DNA of 64,000 nt from contig JAQFVV010000002.1 in the NCBI GenBank assembly GCA_028023455.1, positions 992,001-1,056,000 on the forward strand, read 5' to 3'. The notes below the pieces were generated by a model that was given only the letters and a program-made list of their open reading frames with translations, did not search any database and had not been told where the DNA came from. Made by a program: the position numbers and the translations under genes. Of this stretch, positions 1 to 10,811 are shown one piece after another (positions within the stretch are counted from its first letter, which is position 1; each line of letters opens with the position of its first letter). The stretch is from Epiperipatus broadwayi (lineage: Eukaryota > Animalia > Onychophora).

Positions 1-889
1 CGATATGTGTTTCTATTTTTAAATTCATTTGCTATCGCAAATTCCTGCCCTATTACAAACAGATCTTATTAAGCATGAATAAAAAAAAATACAATACATA
101 TTTTAAGAGATTACGTTTTAAACTTTAGCTATTACTTTTAACATTGCAAGATTAAAGAAAAATAAGAAATAAAGTTTTGCTCCAGAGAGAAAGTCTATAG
201 TTCATTTTAAAGACAAATAGAATTCGAAGATTGTAAATTTAAGAAAGTTTATATTTCATTTTATCATTTATAAATCTATACCTTCCTTTGTCCATGCTCG
301 TTCTTTTGCAATGAAGATCTAATTTATGCAAGGGCCCTTTTCTTGCAGACAATGACGATTTATGAAGTTTGAGGAGGATTTCCACATATGGCACCAGTGG
401 TTCGATCCTGGGATCTGTGAAGATGAAGGCTGCCTTTGGTCAGCCAAACTGAAGAAAGCATGATGAAGCTGATTACATTCTTGGTGATGGCGATAATAAC
501 TTTTAAGATTTTTATCTTTACTTTCAGCAAATACGAATGACTTCAAAACTTTAATTTTCTAATTCTCTAATTAATTATTTCTTTTGGATTTTTCTTTTTA
601 TAGTCCTCAGGCACCTTATCGCTGGAATGCATGGATCTATCAAACATATTCCATATCTGTATTTCTTTGGTTCATTGAGTTTGTGGCCAAGTAGATTTTG
701 GCTTTGTGGCTACATGGATTTTTCCACTGAGGTCTGAGTCTATATCTTTGGGTGAGAAAAACAAGTCTTTTGTTTCTATCCTCGACTCTTGTCTATTTCG
801 TAATCATCTTTTCAATGGTCATTTTGCCCTAAAGATCTGTTTGTAATTTTTATTTTTAAGGTCAAAAACTCTCTTCTTTATTTTTTAAA

Positions 890-1196
890 CCACTAAACAT
901 CACATGATCACTATCTCATACTAGCACAATAATTGTTATTAAACAATCCAAAACAAAGCAAAACTCTCCATATAGTAGTGCCATCTTGTGCTAACAAGAG
1001 CAATCAATGGATGCCAGAAGGCTTGTGCATAAAATCCCTATCTAGTGCCTACTCATCCAATATCCCCAGACTTCTGGGGATATTGGATGAGTAGGCACTA
1101 GATAGGGATTTTATGCACAAGCCTTCTGGCATCCATTGATTGCTCTTGTTAGCACAAGATGGCACTACTATATGGAGAGTTTTGCTTTGTTTTGGA
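890..1196. mobile_element. Family A PLE-pLTR/retrozyme-like insertion forming a perfect 126-bp-arm palindrome
   Basis: Arms 945-1070 and 1073-1198 are exact reverse complements with a 2-nt loop. The flanks TTCTTTATTTTT(T)AAA at 874-889 and 1197-1211 look like a TSD. The same sequence lies next to HHR motifs at 41.5-42.1 kb and 43.8-44.1 kb. Confidence 0.85.
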
Positions 1197-2434
1197 TTCT
1201 TTATTTTTAAAATCAAAAGGTTTTTATTATATTTTATTTAAAGATTAGAATCTTTGCTTCGATTCTATAATTTTTTTAAAGCTTATCTTATTTCAATATT
1301 TAAATTAAACTTATTAGTGAATTAATAATGCATTTTGAACGTTAGTGCTTTTAATTCAGTATTAGATATTTACAAAAAAGTTAAGTATTAAAATTTTAAT
1401 GTAACGCATATATATATCCCGTTACAATATAAATCTCAAAATTCTATTATTAATAAAAAAAACAATATCATTTATGATAAAAAAGATATAATTAGTATAC
1501 AAATATAAATTAAAGCAAATCAAAAGAAAGACTGATTTTCATAATGATGTAGAGTAAAAAAATCAAATATCAGGTGATTTTAAAAAAATTGAAAGAAAAT
1601 AAAATGTGAAATATGCTTTGTCAAAAATTATCTATAAAAATATATGATTTATTTATAACTATTTTCAAAGTCCTAATGTGTAATTTATATTTTCAATTGT
1701 ATGAATAAAATTACAGTATTATAAAAATAATAGTATAAAAATGTTTTAATTATTGCATTGGAGAACACAAAATTAAAAAGAATCATCAGAAAAATTCAAA
1801 ACCTGCATTATTCGTATCATCAAAGAAATAAACAAAATGTTGTAAATGCAATAGAAGAATAAGCTAATTTTTTTTTCAAAGAAAATATATGTGGCATGAT
1901 TACAATAAAATTGCAAACAAATGCATTATATTAAAGAAAGTAATTTTTTGTAAGTTTGTGATTCATTTTATTTAAAATAATTTGTCTTATAACAAAATAT
2001 AGTTAAATTAAATATGACATTATTTACAAACTTTCTTAGTTTCAGTATTTGACTTCCAATCTGAAAGATTTTTATAAATCTCTTATGATAATATTCCCAA
2101 ATAAGTCCATATTAAAAATAAAAAAAAAACACAAACACAAAGTTTTACTCATAAACAGTTACATTACCATCCCTATAAATAGGAAAATGTGCCAAAACAA
2201 AAATACCAACAAAAAGAAGCAAATGCTTCTATTAGAATATGCATTTCTTATATAAAATAAATCACAGAGAAAATTGAATGGGTGCTAAAGTGCTACAACA
2301 TATAAACAACATTCTTCACTGAACAAAAATTAATAGTATTGTAACTAATTTAAGAATTTAATCTCTCTAAAAGTTCATAGTATCAATGAGATCTCATGTG
2401 ACTTGTGCCAAATTGTATACCTAAAAAGAATCAA

Positions 2435-2499
2435 TCATTGAATGTTTAGCATAGCTGCCTTTCAAGCAGCTGGCCTGGGTTCGCTTCCTGGTCAATGCA
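2435..2499 (+). pseudogene. tRNA-Gly(TCC)-derived pseudogene or SINE head
   Basis: TTAGCATAGCTGCCTTTCAAGCAGCTGGCCTGGGTTCGCTTCCTGGTCAATGCA follows the animal tRNA-Gly-TCC pattern. The anticodon is mutated to TTC and the 5'/D-arm is damaged. Confidence 0.75.
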
Positions 2500-2928
2500 T
2501 TTGACATATGGAAAAAAAATTTTTTTTTCAATTTCAGCAATTGTTCTCCATGTTTTTAGCTTCATGTCATCACAAAAATATCTCAAATACTTAAATCACA
2601 AAGAGCATTTAGGAGATATAAAAATTAAAAAAACAAACAAATTACCATTAATAAACATGACACAACAATAAAATTTCAATTTGTATGAAAGAGTTTCTTT
2701 ACACAAATGAGAGAAAACCAAACTGTTAAACAAACACATGATACATTATTATCACTCCAAAAATAATTTTATTAACATTTTGTCTAATTGAATGCAATTG
2801 TTATATTATCAAATCATCATTATTTTATTTTATCAAACATGGTTGTTCCTAAAAACATGATTTATAAAACATCTTTTACCCATGAAAACATTCATTTCAA
2901 CATATATAGAGGTATTTGTTTGTTCTAG

Positions 2929-5880
2929 GATGAAGATTTAAATGCATTAACATCAGGTAATTATTGATTACCCAACTTTATTATAAATAGTATTAGATTG
3001 GAAAACTGCTCATCTTTTATTATATATAGTATATCGTTACAAAGAAACCAAATCATATGTGACATGACCTATATTGTGTAGGATAGAAAATATATTCCTA
3101 GTCAGGGAAAATGCTTTTAGTTTAATAAAAACTAAAAATACCAAAATATATAGTTATTAATATGAAGTAAAATCTACATAACTATTCAAGCAGTTAACAT
3201 GTTTAAAAAATTTGTGTTTTGAACTTCAGCCTTTCACCTTAAATAGTAAAATAGTGTTGTCAGATGAAAATAAGAAAGTAGGACTTAAAATAAATGCTAG
3301 AAAGATTAAAATAAGGTGTAATTGATTTTCCTCAAAAAAGACAATAACTACAAATATCTTGGTCATTTTATTAAAACAGACCAAAGCATAATGGATGAAA
3401 TTTATCATAGAATTAAACTTGGATACAATATTTTTGGTAAAATTAATGTTAAATGAAATATATTTATGTGTTTTAAAAAGGAAGTTTTTAGTAAATGTGT
3501 TTTACCAGTTCTTAATTATTTCTCTGCAGAAGAGCAATACTGAAATTTCATTCAATCCAATAAAAAATTAAGAAGTGGTTATTAGGAGTAACAAGAAATA
3601 ATCAGAAATAAAATATGTGGATGAGAGAACAATTAGGTATTAATGACATTATTGAAAGAAATAAAAAACTGAAGCGATGCTTGGCTGAACATATTACTAG
3701 AAGAGATGATAATAGATGGACTGTTGAGGTCTTAATCTGGATTCCCAGAGATTGTAAAAAGAATACAGGCAAGATGGATGGATGAAATAAAGAAGTTTGA
3801 TGGTGTAATGTGAAAAAATTGAATTAAGCCTGGAGAGATTTTCATCTTTGTAGTGGTTTTATAATATTTGAAAAATAATAATGTTAGTGTTGCAAAAAAA
3901 TAAGTTTTATTTATCAAATTTATTTAAAGTAAACTTATTATATATATGTAAATCATAGATTTATTATAATTATGAACATATTTTCACACATAATTTAATG
4001 CAGTGTCTATGTGTATCTGGGTCAAATTCACTGTATAATTTAATATTTAATTTTTAGATAATTTTCCTTTTTTTTCTTACTGACTTTGTCTGATTTTCTC
4101 TCTCTCTCTCTCTCTATTCACAAGCCTACTCCATCTCTGGCTCCAACACATAAAATTTCATGCTTGCAAGCTGATAGAAACTTTTTGCATAAACACTTGG
4201 AGTCAGTGTTTAGATCTAGTTTCTTCCTTTGTTCTTCACTGATGATATCAAATCAGCATGAAATCAGCTGATCTGAGGGTGGGCAAAATGAAAGAAATAG
4301 TTAATTCTGACTCTTTTGTCATTTATGTAAACAAACGTATGCTTGGTCGGTGTTTTTGGTAAAACACCATCTATTGATCATAAATACAAGCGACAGCAAG
4401 TTTAACGTGATTAAAACTTGTTTTTGTTTTTCATAAATGTGCCTTTAATGTTTTTGCAATGATATATATTGCAGAGGCTTTAACTATGTGGTGAAACTGA
4501 ACTGAGATCAGACCTATATAGCTATCTAGCTTGTTAGGCTGAGTTTGAAGACTTTACCGGTCTGAAAAATTTCATGCTTGCAAACTGATAGAAACTTTTT
4601 GCATAAACACTTAGAGTCAGTGTTTAGATCTAGTTTCTTGGCTCTGTCCTTCACTGATGATAGCAAATCAGCTTGAAATCAGCTGATCTGAGGGGCAGAA
4701 TGAAAGAGATAGTTAATTCTGACTCTTTTGTCGTTTATGTAAACAAACATATGCTTGGTCAGTGTTTTTGGTAAAATGCCATCTATTGATCATAAATACA
4801 AGTGACAGCAAGTTTAACGTGATTAAAATTTGCTTTTGTTTTTATATATATATACACACGCACATAAAGTAATTACATATAACCAAAATTAAAATTTAAA
4901 AAATCACTAGGAATATATACAACAGAATACCCCTGATGCTTCATATATATATATATTGTACAGTGTTATGAGTTTTAATCTCGAGTGTTATTTATATATC
5001 AAGGACTAGCAGTATTCTATTACCTATTTTCATTTGTCTGAATTGTTGTTGGCAACGTTTAAATTAAGATCACTCTCAGGCTTGCTAACTATTGTAAGTA
5101 AATCAATTGAAACATGTTTAGATACAATTTAAATATTCATTTTTTTTAACCAAAGTGTTTTAGACAATCTTCTATATATATGAAATACAATATTAAACAG
5201 TTAATTTATTTTATTCTTGATAAATTTTGACTTATGATTGGTTAGAGAGTATTTTAAATATTTATTGTATGGTGTTACAGGTTTTAATTTAAAATGTTAT
5301 ATATATACAAAATAAATTATACCAATTCACAATTAAATAAATAGCCAAAATAAAAATTCAAAAATTCATTACCAGTAGTTTTCTGATTAAGACTGTTTGC
5401 TTAATTATATATAAAATTAACAGAATATAAACAAATCAGACAGGACCCAGGCTACGTAAAGCAAGTGGTTTTTTTTTTATTGGTAAAAAAAATTTTCAGT
5501 CTTAATGTAAACTAAACAAAATATTTTATTATTGCATATTAAATAGGATAATACTCAGAAAATAATAATGAATTCTTTATAGCAGTTATACAAATCTCAG
5601 TAATAATATTACACATAAAAAGCGTTTTTCAACATCTGATTTGGTGTCTTTTTTATGTGTAATATTATTACTGAGATTTGTATAGCTGCTATAAAGAATT
5701 CATTATTATTTTCAGATTATTATTTTATGGAAGGCAACATAAAGATTTTTATTCTTTTTCAATTTTGATGATAAATAGGATAAATATAGTCAGCCAGAAG
5801 ACTTGAATTATTGGCTTGCCAAAAGGTTTTTAAGTTTTAATATTATATATTAAATATGAGAAATATTGCCACCCTGAAAG
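2929..5880 (+). CDS. Candidate short exons of an unidentified host gene (2929-2956, 5424-5455, 5779-5825, possibly 5861-5880)
   Basis: AG/GT-bounded segments join in compatible phases to DEDLNALTSEYKQIRQDPGYDKYSQPEDLNYWLAKR. No homolog was recognised. The last intron would be only 35 nt. Confidence 0.25.
3250..3880 (+). mobile_element. RTE-clade LINE 3' fragment, decayed
   Basis: Interrupted translation includes KVGLKIN, YKYLGHFI and WMREQLGINDIIER...HITRRDDNRWTVEVLIWIPRD, typical of the RTE C-terminus. Confidence 0.8.
4234..4278 (+). ncRNA. Minimal type I hammerhead ribozyme motif, stem II degenerate
   Basis: CTTCA-CTGATGA-tatcaaatcagcat-GAA-ATCAGCTGAT-C/TGAGG; predicted cleavage after 4273. 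Confidence 0.7.
4648..4694 (+). ncRNA. Minimal type I hammerhead ribozyme motif
   Basis: CCTTCA-CTGATGA-T AGC aaatca GCT T-GAA-ATCAGCTGAT-C/TGAGGG; 6-bp stem I, 10-nt palindromic stem III, predicted cleavage after 4688. Confidence 0.8.
5549..5722. repeat. Fold-back element (about 65-70 bp arms, 25-nt loop)
   Basis: 5559-5622 is the near-perfect reverse complement of 5648-5712. Confidence 0.85.
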
Positions 5881-5949
5881 GTGAGCATTTTTTTAATTAA
5901 TTCTTTCCATAAATGTAATAATACAATAACCAAAACTAAATATAAATAT

Positions 5950-8900
5950 ATTATGCTAGCACCTATTGTTCCCCCTCACTAAATATCACATTTCAAACAT
6001 GAATTTATGTACTGTAATCACATTTTCTTCACACTTTAAATACTATATCTCTATAGTTAAAGGCACATTTTTTTCTGAGCGTTTTTTAATGGTGGAGATC
6101 ATCATTATTTCAGTATGGTTTTTGTAATAAATGGTTGCTTTAACAATTTTTTTAAGATTTAATGTAAATATGTTTTTTTTATTAAACATTGATAATTTAT
6201 TAAAGTTTGTTAACATTGTTAAGTATATCATTCATCTGAATTATATTAGAAGATTGACAAACCCTGAAAGCATGGAGTGCCTTAACATCAAATTATAAAT
6301 CAGTGTTTATGGCTGTTTCTGCAGCTGGCAGGGACAGAATATAAAAAATTCCAATCATTTTTATATTTTTTTTATTAAACATAATATTTGTAATTTTTTT
6401 AATTGGTTGCTTTAAGAATTTTTTTAAAGATTTGATGTAACTATATATTTTTTATTAAACATTACTAATTTATAAAAATTGTTTAACATTCCTAAGTATG
6501 CCATTCATCTGAACTATTATTAGGGGGTTGACAGAATGTGAAAGCATGGAGCATGTTAATGTGAAATTATGAATCAGTGTTTGTGGTTGATCCTGAAGCT
6601 GGATGAAGATCTTTACCATAAAATATATACTATATATCAGTAGTTAAAAGTAGTGTATGGATTTTTTTCCCAGCATTTTTTATTTAATGGTGAAATTACT
6701 TCCATTGCATAAATATAATGTTTGTGACAATATTAGACAAATATTCATTCACCAATCAGACAACAAAGAAATTGTGGACTTTATATATAAGATTCTAGAA
6801 AGTTCCAACAATATTATCTGCATTTAGAAACATAAAGTCTGAATAATGACAATTTAAATAAAAAAAATTCTTTTATCTAATAGGTTGCAAATTGTTAAGT
6901 ATATTGATTTTATGACTATTCTAAATACAAGTGCTAATTTAAATGAACTTAGATATTAAAACTATTAAACAAACATATTATATGTTCTGTATACAAAGAA
7001 CAATTAATAAACAATCTATTTATGTTTACAAAAATTTCCAAATATGAATATATAAGAATAAGTCAATGAATGCAGAATGTTAAATAAAACTCAGAGATAT
7101 AAACCAATACTAGAGAGATTCAACAGTGCTACCTGTATTTATAACAAAAAATCTGAATAATGGCAACTTAGATATACAAAAGACATTCATATAAAAGAGA
7201 AATAACTTTAACTTTTGGTATTGACAAGAAACCATCAATTATTAATAGACCTTCTTGAAGTTAAACAAATTTTCTCTATTAATCTACATAATAGCTCTTT
7301 TGTTTTAGAGTTTAATGACATGAAAGATATCCTCTTTCACTTCAGATACAAGTTACTATAAGGATCTAAACCCAGAAAGCTATTTTTATAGAAGTGAGAA
7401 TGCAAAACACTAATATTTTTCTTGACATATAGTAAATGATCATTAATCTAGTACAAAGAGTTGTATATGTTGAATTAAATATATTTATTGATTTTTAATT
7501 TGATAAGAAATAAAAATAAAAATATATCCATCTAAACAGAGGTAACATTATTTTTTGATATTGCCGAGAAACCATCAATTATTAATTCACAATTCTGAGG
7601 CTAAACAAGTTTTTTCTAATAATTTATACAATAATCCTTTTGTTTTGGCTTTTAGTGAAGTAAAGTGGATCTTATTTTCTTTCAAATCTAAGTTGTTATA
7701 ATGATTTGAACTCAACAAATTATTTTTAAAGATATGAGAATGCAGAAGATTAACATTTTCCTTGTCATTCTACAAATAATGATTAATATTCTCAAATTAT
7801 ACATCTATGAAAATGTTTAATTTACCATAAACAGTTCTCTGAAAAAGAGTAATTATTATGTGCAAGATATACACATATAGAAATATTTTTTTTAGGATTT
7901 ATATCCTTAAGCAACTTTAATTTAAAGTAAAGAAGGAATTTTTTTACTTCACTGAAACTCAAAACTAAAGGAGCTATTATACACATTAAGAGAACTTTGT
8001 TTAATCTCAGGATTCCAGTCAGTAATTAATTGTTTTCTAGCAACATTAGAAAAGATAAAGTTATATTAGTAACAACTTTCTCCATCCAATTGTAGCACTT
8101 AGTGCAAGCTATGGAAATCAATAGATGATCTGTTTACCTAGATATAAATTGCTTTATTTTATTTTTTATCAAATTAAAAATCCATATAAATATTTAATTC
8201 AGTGTATATATAATCCATGTGATATACTTTTATATTTTAGCTGTATTAATGTAACACTGTCTAGTATCAAATGGTTTATTACATCACAATATATATTTCA
8301 AGACTTTTGGATTTTATCATGTAATCAATCTTAATTCTACAATATAAGAAACATCCATTAGCACTGAAAGTCAGATCACCCTTTCACAATATGCATTCAT
8401 TTTTGAAACCACTTCATTTTTCATATGATCTAAACAGAATAGTAGTATACATATTAAAATTTCATGCATTCTTGAAACCATTTGAACAAAGATATCTGAG
8501 AAGAACAAATGACCCTGAAGATGAACATTTTCCCTGGTCACAATTTTTTGCCATATAAATAACAAAATTTACAGTTTGTTTAAAAGCATCAACTATTTGC
8601 ACTTACAATTATGATGCCAGCCAATTCATACACAAATATTCACTTACACTTTTTGCATTTCTTATAGAATTATAATTCGGAATAATTACTTTGGAAGTGT
8701 ACAAACATTCCAGTATAACATTTTTTTATTTTTTAACTCTCAAAGTGATTATTTTAAATAAATTGTTATTATTTAATTATTTATTATAACAAGTCCAGAT
8801 ATATAGTTTAAATTTCAATTAAAGGATATGTATCATTTTAGAGAGCTAACAACAGATAATTTCCATGCTACGTTCACTACATAGCTATCACACACACACA

Positions 8901-9400
8901 AAAACATGATAGACAGATTAATAATTATTACAATGAAAACAAATATTTAAGTTTTTTGATTTTTATCTATGCATCTATCAATCTCAATTCTATTACTTCA
9001 CGACCATCCATCAACACAGAAAGTCAGATCTCCCTTTCCTACTTTTTATATACTTTATGAAATCGTTTAATTTTTAAGGTAATTTAAATAGAACAGAGAA
9101 AATTATTTAACTTTATATATATCTCCATCACTCATTAATGAAACATATGAATAATGATATCTTAAAAAGTTCCATAAGGAAGTAGGGAGAAAGAATTAAA
9201 ATAATAATAATTTTAATAGTAAATTGCTAAATAGTATGAGTCAATATTTTTATAATCAATATATTTTTTAAATATCTTTCTTTTCACATTAATTTTAAAT
9301 TAATTTAGTCAGGATATATACCCATAATGTTTAATTTTTTTCAGATCTCTTACAAAGTTTTGCTATGCAAATAAGCAGATCAGAAATGGTGTTGGTTGCA
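5950..9400. pseudogene. Decayed leucine-rich-repeat-like coding remnants; minus strand to about 7820, plus strand beyond
   Basis: Interrupted frames give KNSFLGLDPYSNLYLK, LHSHIFKNNLLSSNHYNNLDLKENKI, IKKLQILCL and PFHNMHSFLKPLHFSYDLNRI. Diverged 270-340 bp internal duplications differ preferentially at third codon positions. 7880-8200 is an inverted copy of 7460-7750. Confidence 0.4.
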
Positions 9401-9451
9401 AAATCAGTATAATGAAACAAAAAGCATACACTTAAAATAATAATAATAATA

Positions 9452-10755
9452 ATATATATAAGTAAGCATTTATTTTTATAGCGTCTGCATATAATTGTAA
9501 TTTACATTCATATCGGCCATTCAAGCCAATTGTGAAAATGCTTTGCGAGTGTTAAATAATAAATGAATGCTCTGATCAATACAAGATATAGAATTTATGC
9601 AGGAATAAAAAGGATCCTCTTATTCCTACGACTCAAATATTTATATATGAGCAAATCTGAAGTACTTGCACAGAAGGTGTGACGATAGAACGGTCACTTT
9701 TAAATCACCATATACAATGTCTGAACAAATGACGCGATGAAATTTGCTAGAATTTACTAAATGTCATTCCAACTGAAACTTAATCATATATATAAGTAAG
9801 CATTTATTTTTATAGCATCTGCATATAATTGTAATTTACATTCATATCGGCCATTCAAGCCAATTGTGCAAACGCTTTGCGAGTGTTAAATAATAAATGA
9901 ATGCCTTCTGATCAATACAAGATATAGAATTTATGCAGGAATAAAAAGGATCCTCTTATTCCTACGACTCAAATATTTATATATGAGCAAATCTGAAGTA
10001 CTTGCACAGAAGGTGTGACGATAGAACGGTCACTTTTAAATCACCATATACAATGTCTGAACGAATGACGCGATGAAATTTTCTAGAATTTATTAAACGT
10101 CATTCCAACTGAAACTTAATCATATATATAAGTAAGCATTTATTTTTATAGCGTCTGCATATAATTCTAGCAAATTTCATCGCGTCATTCGTTCAGACAT
10201 TGTATATGGTGATTTAAAAGTGACCGTTCTATCGTCACACCTTCTGTGCAAGTACTTCAGATTTGCTCATATATAAATATCTGAGTCGTAGGAATAAGAG
10301 GATCCTTTTTATTCCTGCATAAATTCTATATCTTGTATTGATCAGAAAGCATTCATTTATTATTTAACACTCGCAAAGCGTTTGCACAATTGGCTTGAAT
10401 GGCCGATATGAATGTAAATTATAATTATATGCAGACGCTATAAAAATAAATGCTTACTTATATATATGATTAAGTTTCAGTTGGAATGACGTTTAGTAAA
10501 TTCTAGCAAATTTCATCGTGTCATTCATTCAGACATTGTATATGGTGATTTAAAAGTGACCGTTCTATCGTCACACCTTCTGTGCAAGTACTTCAGATTT
10601 GCTCATATATAAATATTTGAGTCGTAGGAATAAGAGGATCCTTTTTATTCCTGCATAAATTCTATATCTTGTATTGATCAGAAGGCATTCATTTATTATT
10701 TAACACTCGCAAAGCGTTTGCACAATTGGCTTGAATGGCCGATATGAATGTAAAT
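9452..10755. repeat. Young head-to-head tandem array of a 334-336 bp unit
   Basis: Direct units start near 9461, 9795 and 10131. The strand switches at an AATT microhomology (10163-10166), followed by about 1.75 inverted units. CpGs are retained and (TAA)n lies on both sides. Confidence 0.95.
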
Positions 10756-10777
10756 AATAATAATAATAATAATAATA

Positions 10778-10811
<34 letters not shown>

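Larger units (their letters stand above)
4130..4850 (+). repeat. Family C tandem repeat (415-nt unit) carrying two HHR motifs; PLE pLTR/retrozyme-like
   Basis: 4150-4440 is duplicated at 4560-4850. The upstream part translates to EKFHACKLIETFCIN, resembling a PLE endonuclease C-terminus. Confidence 0.75.

Noticed and set aside
230-870. 5' ORF of a PLE continuing from the pLTR at 890
   Set aside because: A TSD-like duplication bounds the insertion at 889/1197, so this is flanking DNA. No continuous frame or recognisable motif was found.
2435-2499. Functional tRNA-Glu(TTC)
   Set aside because: The body is tRNA-Gly-like with a damaged acceptor/D-arm and T-loop; the anticodon change is consistent with C-to-T decay.
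8300-9200. Ionotropic receptor pseudogene (KGDLTF and FLKPF look-alikes)
   Set aside because: The two motifs fall on opposite strands and in the wrong order; an LRR-like reading explains the region better.
9452-10755. CRISPR array or canonical HHR array
   Set aside because: The units are long near-identical repeats with no unique spacers, and no CUGANGA core occurs on either strand.
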